Shown: positions 16,769-25,343, numbered from the stretch's first letter. The stretch is 34,521 nt of DNA from Pyrinomonadaceae bacterium (GCA_035643935.1 DASQPM010000132.1:1-34521), one strand, 5' to 3'. Made by a program: numbers and translations. Notes: generated from the letters alone by a model not told the origin.

Positions 16769-16921
16769 ACCATCCTTCCCAACCTCGAGCTGATCATATT
16801 TGAACCTGATCTTATGCTTGTGAGGCTTTCACGGATTATCTGATTAGGCTTTCAAGATTGTTTTGCGCGAAAGTATCAGAGTCTCAAGGTTGGGAAGGGT
16901 GGTTTACCCCCGCTCTTTCTT
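16751..16921. repeat. MITE-like palindromic element, family A copy 2 (34-bp terminal inverted repeats)
   Basis: The left repeat is AAGAAAGAGCGGGGGTAAACCATCCTTCCCAACC (16751-16784). The right repeat is GGTTGGGAAGGGTGGTTTACCCCCGCTCTTTCTT (16888-16921). They are complementary with one mismatch, and the interior is about 103 bp. The element lies between convergent rpiB and the lipid kinase gene. Confidence 0.85.
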
Positions 16922-16927
16922 TTCTAT

Positions 16928-17893
16928 TTAGACTACAAACTTCAGTACTCCTGGCATGACGCGAAACTCTACCGGCGTCACGCCACGCACGTTTCCATCG
17001 GCTTCAATCGGCATCGCATCCTCCGGCTTAAAAGTTTCCACCTGCGCGCCGGTTCCCTGCGTGATGCGCACGTTGGGATTTGCAACGTGTCCGCCCTTAT
17101 GAATTCGTGTCAGCTCGCGCATCACCTGCGCGCGCGACAGGCCTGAAGCAGACACGACATCCAGTTTGCCATCATCGATTTTTGCCTGCGGTGAAAGCAT
17201 CATGCCGCCGCCGGCGTAAAGTCCATTGGCAACCGCTGCCAGATTCATCTCACCTTCGTACGTTTCTTCGTCAACCGTTATGCGCACTCGTCGTTCGCGC
17301 CACGCGAATAGACTTGCAAGCGCAGCCGCTGCAAAACGTGCTTCGCCGGAAAATGAACGCATCAACTTTCCCTGTGCAGCGACGCGCGCCGCTGTCTCGC
17401 CACCTATGCCCATGGTGGAAGCGTTAAGACAAATGAATGGTGTCCGGTAGTTGTCGCAAACTCCGTAGAGTACATCCGTTTGTTGCGTCGTTTCCCGGTT
17501 ATCATTGCGGCAATGCGCAACCAGGACATCGATCCAGTGAATTAAAGTTTCACGCCGGCCCTTCAGGCCGCGCGCAAAATCGTCGCCGGTTCCGGCTGGC
17601 AGAATTGCCAGCGAAGCCGCCGGGTTTATTACCACCGGCATTTGGTCCAAACGGTCAGCAAACTGAAAGAAGCCCTGTGCGGCTTCACTTAATGTGCCGT
17701 CGCCGCCGACTACGGCAATCGTCGCTACGCCTGACATCAGCGCCGCGTGAGCTTTCGCAGTAGCATCGCCCGCATGAGTTGTTTCGTGAAAATCAAATTC
17801 AATTCCGCCGGCTGCGAGTCTTTCCTTCACGATTGGCCATGCGCGTTGTGCTTTGGCTGCGGCACTGTTCACGATTATGAAGGTCTTGTTCAC
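16928..17893 (-). CDS. Diacylglycerol-kinase-family lipid kinase (YegS/BmrU-like)
   Basis: It has the DAGK catalytic-domain signature IAVVGGDGTLSEAAQG and a short N-terminus, NKTFIIVNSAAAKAQ. The start is uncertain. GTG 17893 gives the family-typical N-terminus. The track's TTG 17929 would translate the octamer repeat array (PLTIHDL). Confidence 0.75.
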   Translation of the reverse strand: MNKTFIIVNSAAAKAQRAWPIVKERLAAGGIEFDFHETTHAGDATAKAHAALMSGVATIAVVGGDGTLSEAAQGFFQFADRLDQMPVVINPAASLAILPAGTGDDFARGLKGRRETLIHWIDVLVAHCRNDNRETTQQTDVLYGVCDNYRTPFICLNASTMGIGGETAARVAAQGKLMRSFSGEARFAAAALASLFAWRERRVRITVDEETYEGEMNLAAVANGLYAGGGMMLSPQAKIDDGKLDVVSASGLSRAQVMRELTRIHKGGHVANPNVRITQGTGAQVETFKPEDAMPIEADGNVRGVTPVEFRVMPGVLKFVV

Positions 17894-17902
17894 GGAGGTG
17901 AA

Positions 17903-17991
17903 TAATAAATCGTGAATCGTCAATGGCAAAACTTCTTTGTAGGTCCAACCGCTGTTTACGATTTACGATTCACGACTTACGATTGACGATT
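17903..17991. repeat. Inverted arrays of the octamer AATCGT(G/A/C)A (family B) in a divergent promoter region
   Basis: The forward array is ATAAATCGTGAATCGTCAAT (about 17905-17924). The reverse-orientation array is TTTACGATTTACGATTCACGACTTACGATTGACGATT (about 17956-17990), ending at the qor-like ATG (17992). The same octamers occur at 26471-26505, 26651-26670 and 26717-26743. Confidence 0.75.
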
Positions 17992-18981
17992 ATGAAAGCA
18001 GTAACGATTACCGCTCCTGGCGGTCCCGAAGTTTTAGTGATCGACGAGGTGGCAACTCCGCCGCTTCCAACAGCCGATCGCGTGCGTGTTCGCGTGCGTG
18101 CAGCCGGCTTGAATCGTGCTGATGTCTATCAGCGCAGCGGTCATTATCCTGCGCCGCCCGGCTATCCGCAGAATATTCCCGGCCTCGAGTTTGCCGGCGA
18201 AGTAGAAGCGGTGGGTGATGAAGTACATAACTGGAAGCGGGGCCGGCGTGTTTTCGGAATCATTGCCGGCGGCGCGCAAGCCGAGTACGTGGTTGTGCCG
18301 GAAAACCATCTTGCAGAAATTCCAGCGAACCTCGACTGGCCAGAAGCGGCAGCCGTGCCGGAGGTTTTCATTACGGCCCATGATGCTTTATTCACGCGCG
18401 CAAATTTGCGCTCAGGCGAAACGATGCTGGTCCATGCCGCCGGATCCGGCGTAGGCACAGCGGCAATTCAGCTTGCGCGTGCTGCCGGCGCAACCGCGTT
18501 TGGCACCTCGCGCACTGCCGATAAACTTGAACGCGCAAGAGCTTGTGGGCTGAACGATGCGGTCGCTGTGGGGAGCAATCCAATGGTGATGGTCGCACCG
18601 GTTATGGAATGGACAGGCGGTCGCGGCGTCAACGTGATAATCGATCTGGTCGGCGGCGCCTATCTCGAAGCAAATCTGAATGCGTTGGCACGCCAGGGCT
18701 GTCTGGTGTTAGTTGGAACTACTGCCGGAACAAAAGCGACCATGGATCTTTCGTTAGCGATGGGCAAGCGCCTGACAATTGTAGGAACAATGCTGCGCGG
18801 TCGTTCTATCGAGGAGAAAGCCACCGCGATCAGGTTGTTTTCAGAGCAAGTGGTGCCGCTATTGGCGAACCGTGCTGTGCGGCCGGTAATTGACCGAGTT
18901 TACAAAATGGAGGAAGTTCGCGAGGCGCACCAACGCATGGAAGCGAATGAGAGCTTTGGCAAGATCGTGTTGGTAGTGTAG
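17992..18981 (+). CDS. qor: NAD(P)H:quinone oxidoreductase (medium-chain dehydrogenase/reductase, PIG3/Qor-like)
   Basis: It reads MKAVTITAPGGPEVLVIDEVATPPLPTADRVRVRVRAAGLNRADVYQRSGHYPAPPG...GLEFAGEV. The nucleotide-binding motif is VHAAGSGVGTAAIQLA. The track start at 17923 would translate the repeat array. The symbol is a family-level guess. Confidence 0.85.
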   Translation: MKAVTITAPGGPEVLVIDEVATPPLPTADRVRVRVRAAGLNRADVYQRSGHYPAPPGYPQNIPGLEFAGEVEAVGDEVHNWKRGRRVFGIIAGGAQAEYVVVPENHLAEIPANLDWPEAAAVPEVFITAHDALFTRANLRSGETMLVHAAGSGVGTAAIQLARAAGATAFGTSRTADKLERARACGLNDAVAVGSNPMVMVAPVMEWTGGRGVNVIIDLVGGAYLEANLNALARQGCLVLVGTTAGTKATMDLSLAMGKRLTIVGTMLRGRSIEEKATAIRLFSEQVVPLLANRAVRPVIDRVYKMEEVREAHQRMEANESFGKIVLVV

Positions 18982-18998
18982 TTTTCCAGTGTTCGTTG

Positions 18999-19115
18999 AA
19001 GAAAAAAGAAGATTTGCCATTTCTCATTTTACATTTACCATTTTCCATTGGAGTCCGACAAAGTTCTGAAATGAAAAATGAAAAATGATAAATGGCAAAT
19101 CGTCTTTTCTCTTTC
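18999..19115. repeat. Imperfect long inverted repeat rich in CATTTT/GCCATTT units (family G)
   Basis: The left arm is GAAGAAAAAAGAAGATTTGCCATTTCTCATTTTACATTTACCATTTTCCATT (18999-19049). The right arm is GAAATGAAAAATGAAAAATGATAAATGGCAAATCGTCTTTTCTCTTTC (19068-19115). The element lies between convergent qor and the S41 protease gene. ORF 18830..19117 (-) is merely its translation (MENGKCKMRNGK). Confidence 0.7.
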
Positions 19116-19148
19116 AACTGACTTGAGTTGCCTGCTGTATAGAAAAAA

Positions 19149-19173
19149 GGACAGGCAGGAATGCCTGTCCTAC
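19149..19173. repeat. REP-like hairpin, family C
   Basis: The sequence is GGACAGGCaggaatGCCTGTCCTAC, an 8-bp stem with a 6-nt loop and a CTAC tail. It lies 24 nt downstream of the S41 protease stop. ORF 19161..19478 (+) starts at the ATG in its loop and is spurious. Confidence 0.8.
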
Positions 19174-19196
19174 TAAGAGGAAGAGCTAAGTTCAGC

Positions 19197-20897
19197 TTAG
19201 CCCCGCGCGCGGGCGCGTCTTGCCGCGAGCGCCAGTTCGCGGGCGCGCGGCATGGCGGCTACGGCGCGCGCGATTTGCGGGTCGCTGTCGTTGAAGACCT
19301 GCAGCGCGGAGATCGTGCCGAACGCAGCCGTTGTCAACTCATAACGCAATTGGCGCTCGACAAAGGGACGGGCGCGATCCAATTGTTCTGGAGTGACTTT
19401 GAAAATCGGCTTGCCGGCAACGTACTGCTTGAATCCTTTGTAGAGAGCATCCGTCACCGGATAATCAGTCGGCAGTAAGTCGTGCTCAAACTGAATAGCG
19501 CGTTGCACCTTGTAGTTTTCAAAGCCGGCAACGCGGCCAGTCGTCAGTTCCAGCGAAAAAGCAAAAATCGCGTCGCTCAAGCGCGCTTCCGACGGTGTGA
19601 TCTTGCCTGGCTTCACCACTTCATCAGGGGCAATGCCGCCGCCGCTATAAACAGCACGGCCGGTGTCCGTATGACTTTCCAAACCAGACGGTCGAGCCGG
19701 CAGCACGTCGGCCGACAAACCGCCGTGCGTGTAGTAATCGTAGACGCCACTGTTGGAATAATCGCGCTGAATCAACCGGCCTGACGGCGTGTAATACTTC
19801 GCCACCGTCAGCAGCAATGCCGAATCGTATTCCAGTTGAATTGGAAGTTGGACCAGGCCTTTGCCAAATGTGTTCTCGCCGACAATCAAGGCGCGATCGT
19901 GATCCTGGAGAGCGCCGGCGACGATCTCCGCAGCCGATGCAGTGTCATTGTTTACCAACACAACCAACGGCGTTTGGTCCGGAGCGTCGTTAACGGCGCG
20001 GAAGGGTTCAGAGCTGCCGCGGATGCGACCTTTTTGCGTAACAATCAATTGATCGCGCTGCAGGAATGTATTAGCCACGCGCACCGCTTGAATCAGCAAG
20101 CCGCCACGATTGCCGCGCAGATCCAGCACCAGCATGTTCATGCCCTTCGAATGAAGATCTTCGAGTGCGGCCTGAAACTCATCTGCAGTCGTCAGGTTAA
20201 AGCCACCGGTCATGGCGACGTAGCCGACGCCGGGCTTGATCATGTAAGCCTGCGGAATAGACGGAAGTGGCACCGCGTCGCGCGTGATCGTAACTGTTTC
20301 ATTTTTTCCGGTTGCAGCGTGCTCAACAGTTACTTTGACAACCGTGCCGCGTGGTCCAAGCAGGAACTTTCTGACTTCGGGAAAGGTTTTGCCCTTCATC
20401 GATTGATCGTCTACTGCCACTATGCGATCACCGAAACGTAAACCCGCACGGAAGGCCGGGGCCTGTTCAAAAGTCGCGCGAATGTAAGTATTAACATCGT
20501 CGCCCTGGCGCAGGTCGCCGATGGTGGCGCCGATCCCAAAATATTCTGAGCGTTGTTCGGTCTTGAATGCAGCGTAGTCACTCGCATCGAAATAGGTCGA
20601 GTGCGGATCCAGCACATTCAACATGCCGCTGATTGACGACTTGAAGATTGCGTTGTAATCAAGCTTCTTGCCGTCGATGTAATTGTCCTGAATCACCGAG
20701 AGTGCTTCCGAGAGATCGCTTTTCACGACGGCGGCGCTTACCGGCGCGCGTGATGTGGGGGCCTTGGCTATCGAACCTTCTGGCGAAGTGGCCGGCTGCC
20801 GGCGCGCGGCTCCCGTCTGTTGGGAAAAGACATTCGCGGCCATTGAAACTGCCAAAATAAGGGACATGACGCCCGGCAGGTAAAATCTTGTTCTCAC
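19197..20897 (-). CDS. ctpA: S41-family C-terminal processing (tail-specific) protease with a PDZ domain
   Basis: The S41 signatures are LDLRGNRGGL, VNNDTASAAEIVAGALQDHDRALIVGENTFGKGLVQ (catalytic Ser and Lys regions) and a PDZ-like GLRFGDRIVAVDD. A signal peptide is present. The GTG start at 20897 is preceded by AGGAGG 6 nt upstream. Confidence 0.9.
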   Translation of the reverse strand: MRTRFYLPGVMSLILAVSMAANVFSQQTGAARRQPATSPEGSIAKAPTSRAPVSAAVVKSDLSEALSVIQDNYIDGKKLDYNAIFKSSISGMLNVLDPHSTYFDASDYAAFKTEQRSEYFGIGATIGDLRQGDDVNTYIRATFEQAPAFRAGLRFGDRIVAVDDQSMKGKTFPEVRKFLLGPRGTVVKVTVEHAATGKNETVTITRDAVPLPSIPQAYMIKPGVGYVAMTGGFNLTTADEFQAALEDLHSKGMNMLVLDLRGNRGGLLIQAVRVANTFLQRDQLIVTQKGRIRGSSEPFRAVNDAPDQTPLVVLVNNDTASAAEIVAGALQDHDRALIVGENTFGKGLVQLPIQLEYDSALLLTVAKYYTPSGRLIQRDYSNSGVYDYYTHGGLSADVLPARPSGLESHTDTGRAVYSGGGIAPDEVVKPGKITPSEARLSDAIFAFSLELTTGRVAGFENYKVQRAIQFEHDLLPTDYPVTDALYKGFKQYVAGKPIFKVTPEQLDRARPFVERQLRYELTTAAFGTISALQVFNDSDPQIARAVAAMPRARELALAARRARARG

Positions 20898-21210
20898 AAA
20901 AGCCTCCTAAAACCCTTCAGACCGACCGGTAAGTAATTGCCGCCGTCGCAACAGCGAAAAGCGGTTTGCCAGAATAACACGAAGTTCCTGAGTAAATGAA
21001 CTGCGCTTGCAATTGCACGGTGATCGCGGAACGTGGGCAAGAGTCGCCGCGAAAATAACCGCCTGCCGCTCGGGGTTTAGTGGTTTACCAATTGAAAAAA
21101 GTTGCCCTCAAGATGCTGGTTTGAAGTAAAGCTTTGGTCACTATAAACTGCAAGCCCGAAAACGGACTATTACCAGCAATTGCCATATTTTCACCGGAGG
21201 AACGCCCCGC

Positions 21211-22596
21211 ATGGCTAGCGCCCTGGATCGCAATCAACTTTATTCGTTTGCCAAAGCGCATCGTAAGGAATACGAGACGCTGCTCAAGACTTTTGTTGAA
21301 ACTCCAACCGTATCCTCGGATCCGGCACATGCGGAAGACATTCGCGCCGGAGTAAATCTGACTGTTGACACATTCCGGCAGTTTGGCGGGAAGGTGGATG
21401 TCTACAAAGCCGCTCGCGGCAACCCTACAGTTCATGCAGTATTTGATTCAGCGAAAAACGCGCCCACGGTCACGGTCTACAACCACATGGATGTGCAACC
21501 GGCGTCGAAGGAAACCGAGCCCTGGGACACAGAACCTTTTGTCATGACGACCAAAGGCGATAGCTATTTTGGCCGCGGCACCACTGACGACAAAGGGCCG
21601 GCGTTGGCGGCCCTGTACGGCGCACGCGCCGCACAGGAAGCAGGTGTGCCAATCAATATTCGTTTCCTGTGGGAGTTTGAAGAAGAGATCGGTTCGCCTA
21701 ATTTCGAAAAAATCATTTCCAAAAACGCTCGCGACCTGCGCACCGATTCGGTAGTTGTTTCAGACACGGTCTGGGTATCGCGCAGCCGCCCGGCGAGCTC
21801 GGCCGGCTTGCGCGGCCTATTGGGATTTATTCTCACTTTGGAAACGGGAGCAACCGATACGCATTCTGGCGAAACGGGCGGCGCCTCGCGCAATCCGATT
21901 GCCGAATTGATGAAGTTGGTTTGCGATCTCTACGATCCAACCACTGGCAGAATCAAGGTCAAGGGTTTTTACGACGATGTGATCCCGCCGTCAAAAAGTG
22001 AATTGAACGATTGGGTCAACTCCGGATTTACTGTTAAATCTTTCAAGAAAGCGCACCATCTAAAATTGATGCGCAGCGATGATGAGCTGGAAGTGATGAA
22101 ACGTATCTGGGGCATGCCTACCATGGATGTTCACGGAGTAGTCGGCGGCTATCAAGGTCCCGGCGTGAAATCAATTGTGCCGCCACGCGCTGAAGTCAAA
22201 GCCTCGTTTCGGCTGGTGCCCGGCCAGGATCCGGAAAAGATCAAGAAGCAGTTGCGCGCCGCCGTCAAAGAAAGAAACAGGGACGTGAAAATCCAATTCG
22301 AATCATCGGCGCCGGCGTTTCGCACCGTGCTCACCGGCCCGTTGCCTCAAGCTCTAAAGCGCGCGATCAAGTTTGCTTTTGGACGCGACGCCGTTTTTGT
22401 GCGCGATGGTGGAACTATCGGCGCCATGACGAGCATCGAAAAAATCTTGAAGTGTCCGGTGTTGTTTCTCGGCCTGTCACTTCCCGAGCATGGATATCAC
22501 GCGCCTAATGAAAACTTCGACTGGCAGCAGGCTTCAGGTGGAATGGTGGCTTTTGCGAAATATTTTGAGGAGATAGCGAACCTTCCGAAAGAATGA
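21211..22596 (+). CDS. M20-family dipeptidase (ArgE/DapE/CNDP-like metallopeptidase)
   Basis: The motifs are YNHMDVQPA, GRGTTDDKGP, WEFEEEIGS and HAPNENF. A GGAGGA Shine-Dalgarno sequence lies about 10 nt upstream of the ATG. Length is 461 aa. Confidence 0.88.
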   Translation: MASALDRNQLYSFAKAHRKEYETLLKTFVETPTVSSDPAHAEDIRAGVNLTVDTFRQFGGKVDVYKAARGNPTVHAVFDSAKNAPTVTVYNHMDVQPASKETEPWDTEPFVMTTKGDSYFGRGTTDDKGPALAALYGARAAQEAGVPINIRFLWEFEEEIGSPNFEKIISKNARDLRTDSVVVSDTVWVSRSRPASSAGLRGLLGFILTLETGATDTHSGETGGASRNPIAELMKLVCDLYDPTTGRIKVKGFYDDVIPPSKSELNDWVNSGFTVKSFKKAHHLKLMRSDDELEVMKRIWGMPTMDVHGVVGGYQGPGVKSIVPPRAEVKASFRLVPGQDPEKIKKQLRAAVKERNRDVKIQFESSAPAFRTVLTGPLPQALKRAIKFAFGRDAVFVRDGGTIGAMTSIEKILKCPVLFLGLSLPEHGYHAPNENFDWQQASGGMVAFAKYFEEIANLPKE

Positions 22597-22599
22597 TTA

Positions 22600-22617
22600 G
22601 CCGCGTAAATCCGCGGC
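22600..22617. terminator. Short GC hairpin between convergent genes (relative of the 7906-8024 repeat); possible bidirectional terminator
   Basis: The sequence is GCCGCGtaaatcCGCGGC, starting 4 nt after the M20 stop and ending 5 nt before the GNAT stop. There is no clear U-tract, so terminator function is an inference. Confidence 0.35.
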
Positions 22618-22621
22618 CGGT

Positions 22622-23092
22622 TCAGATCACGCAGGCCATTCGTTCTTCATTCAAAGCCATGAATCCGAGCTTTTCATAAAACCGGCGCGCTTCCGGATTC
22701 TCCAGGTGCACGGCTACATCAATGCGCGTCACCGCCTCTTTTCGCAGTTGCTCTTTCAGTTGTTCAAGCAGCGCCGTCCCTATCCCGCCACCGCGGCGAT
22801 CCGCCTTAACTGAAACATCATCGAGCTTCGCTACGACGGCCCCCATCGACGTCGAGATCGCATAACAAACAACACAAACGCCTGCCGCGCCCAGCTCATC
22901 ATACGCAATCCACACGAATCCAAGTTCAGGCTGTTCGAGAAAAAGATCGAGCGCATCGTTAAGTCCCGGGAAACCGCGATCGCCATAAGCTTCGCTGCTG
23001 GCGAGATAGTGTTCATCTTCGCGCAGGAAGACGCGCAGCATTTCAAAAGCATCAGCGACGTCCGCGGCGGTCATCTTGCGACAGGTGATCAA
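22622..23092 (-). CDS. GNAT-family N-acetyltransferase
   Basis: It has an acetyl-CoA-binding-type motif, VKADRRGGGIGTALLEQL (R/Q-x-x-G-x-G/A), followed by ARRFYEKLGF. The TTG start at 23092 is preceded by AGGAGG 7 nt upstream. An alternative ATG lies at 23074. Confidence 0.85.
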   Translation of the reverse strand: MITCRKMTAADVADAFEMLRVFLREDEHYLASSEAYGDRGFPGLNDALDLFLEQPELGFVWIAYDELGAAGVCVVCYAISTSMGAVVAKLDDVSVKADRRGGGIGTALLEQLKEQLRKEAVTRIDVAVHLENPEARRFYEKLGFMALNEERMACVI

Positions 23093-23159
23093 AGAAAACT
23101 CCTCCTGTATTAGTCAAAGCCTGCGAGGGTCAAGCTACTAGTGCAGTTTGTGGATTCGA

Positions 23160-23375
23160 GCTTCAGGGTTTAGGAACCTCTGATCAAGTGTAAGCGACAA
23201 CTCTTTGGAGTGCGCTGGCCTGGCAGCGCTTTGGCCAGTCGCGAACTGTCACGACCACGCCTGCTTGAGTTGATTCAACGATGCGGCGACTAGTCGCCGC
23301 GGACCAAAGCGGCGCCGGGCCGCCGCACTCCAAGGAGTTGACCACTTGTTCAGAGCTTCCTTTAGTCTTTAGGCT
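23160..23375. repeat. Long imperfect palindrome (about 200 bp, family H) containing an 18-bp perfect palindrome
   Basis: The left arm is ...TTTAGGAACCTCTGATCAAGTG..CAACTCTTTGGAGTGCGCTGGCCTGGCAGCGCTTTGGCCAGTCGCG. The right arm is GCGGCGACTAGTCGCCGCGGACCAAAGCGGCGCCGGGCCGCCGCACTCCAAGGAGTTGACCACTTGTTCAGAGCTTCCTTTAG. The perfect palindrome GCGGCGACTAGTCGCCGC lies at 23283-23300. Confidence 0.7.
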
Positions 23376-23429
23376 GCTGTTTTTTCACCTACAAGCCAAA
23401 GCTTGAACTCTGGACTTCCTGAGTTGTAC

Positions 23430-25343
23430 TCAGCCGCCAGCCTTGAGTTGAAAGTCCTTAGGAACAAATTCTATCGAGCGCAATGTTCCGTCGACTCTTG
23501 TTCGGGCGTCGGTGGTTGCCACGTAACAGACCACGACATTGCTTTCCGGCTTACGCTGGCCACAAGAGATTTCGCCTCCGGCGTCAGGACTGAAGCTGGT
23601 TAGATCCACACTGTCGAAATTGGCAGCGCGAAGTTTCAACACGTGGCTTTGCACCCTGACATTGAACACTACGCCCTTGGCGTCGCAATCAATCCGTTCC
23701 AGGATGCCTTGAACTTGCGTTTCACCCGCGCCAGGTTTCCTCAGTGCCTCGCGCAGGTAAGAAGATGGGTCGACATTCACCGACGATCCATCAGTGGTCT
23801 GTTCGATCACAAGGGGAGATCGTTTCGCGTTTGATTCTCGGTAGGCCGCCAGCTGTTCGTCCCTGGCTTTTAACTGGTCCAACAACACTTGTGCTTGCTG
23901 ACGCGTCGCCGCGTCGTTTTTAATGCCGCTAAGTTGTTCCAGCAACGGCCGCGCGGATTTGATGTCTTCCTTGTAAAGGTCAAGCTGCGCCAGCATGAAT
24001 TTGACATCATTCTTACCGGGCGAGGTAGCCAGGACGCCTTCAAGCATCCGGATTGATTCGTCAATGTTGGTTCCGGTAACCAGGTTTACAAAGGCCAGCA
24101 ACTTGTACGATTCAGCAAAGTCCGGTCTCAACTCGATCGCTTTCTTTAATTCCGCTCGCATGATATTGGCCGTCTCGGGGGCAAACAACGACACAATGTC
24201 CTCGTCATCGCCTTGCCTGCTCAGTGCATACGCGTAGTAATAATGCATCAGATAATTCTGAGAATTCGCAGCCGCTCTTTCCAACTGCTTCCGCGCTTCG
24301 GGCGCCTTACCCTGGCGCAGGAGCAACATCGCCAGCGAGGCGTTCGCCAGGGGCTCGTTTGGGTCAAGAGATAATGCTTTCTTCAAATACGTTTCGCTTT
24401 CGGCGCGATGGCTGTGTAAGAGCAGGTCACCCAGATAAGCCTGCGCTTCCGCCTCGCCAATCTGTGCCACCTGCATGTCTGTCTCCACTACAAGCTTGCT
24501 CTGAAAATGTCCGGTAAATACCGGATAGCGGTCATGCTTGATATATTCGCGCAGCTCTTTTTCCATTAACTCAAAGCTCATGGAAAAAGCTTGCTGAAAA
24601 GCTTGTTCCAGCGGCACATTCGCGGACATCTGATTGAGGAAATTACCCATCTGCGGAACCCGCTGGCCATCTTTGCCGAAAATCCAATAGTGTACCAACG
24701 CCCACGACTCAGCATAAAAAATGCTTTGCTTGTCACGTTCATTGTAATAAGGGGACTTCTCGTCAACATTGAACAAAGTGCGCAGCGGCAACATTTTGTT
24801 TTCCCGCAACAGAAAGACGTGGCTGCTGATTGGACTGCCAAGCACTACCTTGGTGTCGTCTTTGATGCTGAACGTGCTGTAGTACTCAGCCAGGCCTTCA
24901 TTAAACCAAAGAGGCACGTTTGGGCTGGTGTTATTTATGAGCAGGTGTGTGTATTCGTGGAAGATAACGGTGAAGGGATCCTGCTCGCCGCGCACTTCTG
25001 TGGTTAAGGTGATGTAATTGACATCTTCTCCCGCTTGAAAATAGCCCGCGACACCCGGATTGGGTTTAAAAGGACGATATGAATCATCGCTTTTGAAAAC
25101 AATCACAGTCGTAGGTACAGACGTGCTGTGAATTGCTTGCGGAAACAATTGCGAAAAGACTTCACGAAATTGTTCAAGCCGTATTCCTACCTGACGGATT
25201 TGCTTTTCGTTTGCATTGCCAATCAGCAGGAAATTTTTCGAGCGCACAGTAAGCCAGCTGTCTTTAGCGAAAACCGGCGAGTTCACTGGTTCGAAAGACA
25301 GGAGGAAGAAGAGAATTGCGAGGACGAGAATAAACCGCTTCAT
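23430..25343 (-). CDS. Secreted HExxH metallopeptidase-like protein (MA-clan, DUF1570-like N-domain) with C-terminal TPR repeats
   Basis: The signal peptide is MKRFILVLAILFFLLSF. The motif is FHEYTHLLI...WFNEGLAEYYS (HExxH plus a downstream Glu). Several TPR-like helical repeats occupy the central and C-terminal part. An AAGGA Shine-Dalgarno sequence lies upstream of the ATG at 25343. Confidence 0.75.
   Translation of the reverse strand: MKRFILVLAILFFLLSFEPVNSPVFAKDSWLTVRSKNFLLIGNANEKQIRQVGIRLEQFREVFSQLFPQAIHSTSVPTTVIVFKSDDSYRPFKPNPGVAGYFQAGEDVNYITLTTEVRGEQDPFTVIFHEYTHLLINNTSPNVPLWFNEGLAEYYSTFSIKDDTKVVLGSPISSHVFLLRENKMLPLRTLFNVDEKSPYYNERDKQSIFYAESWALVHYWIFGKDGQRVPQMGNFLNQMSANVPLEQAFQQAFSMSFELMEKELREYIKHDRYPVFTGHFQSKLVVETDMQVAQIGEAEAQAYLGDLLLHSHRAESETYLKKALSLDPNEPLANASLAMLLLRQGKAPEARKQLERAAANSQNYLMHYYYAYALSRQGDDEDIVSLFAPETANIMRAELKKAIELRPDFAESYKLLAFVNLVTGTNIDESIRMLEGVLATSPGKNDVKFMLAQLDLYKEDIKSARPLLEQLSGIKNDAATRQQAQVLLDQLKARDEQLAAYRESNAKRSPLVIEQTTDGSSVNVDPSSYLREALRKPGAGETQVQGILERIDCDAKGVVFNVRVQSHVLKLRAANFDSVDLTSFSPDAGGEISCGQRKPESNVVVCYVATTDARTRVDGTLRSIEFVPKDFQLKAGG

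Noticed and set aside
21121-21149. Sigma-70-like hexamers: TTGAAG-15-TATAAA upstream of the M20 gene, and TTGACT-16-AATAAA at 34245-34272 upstream of the His-rich protein gene.
   Set aside because: The spacing and -10 matches are marginal, and I cannot score them against a background without computation. They are mentioned only as places to look for transcription start sites.
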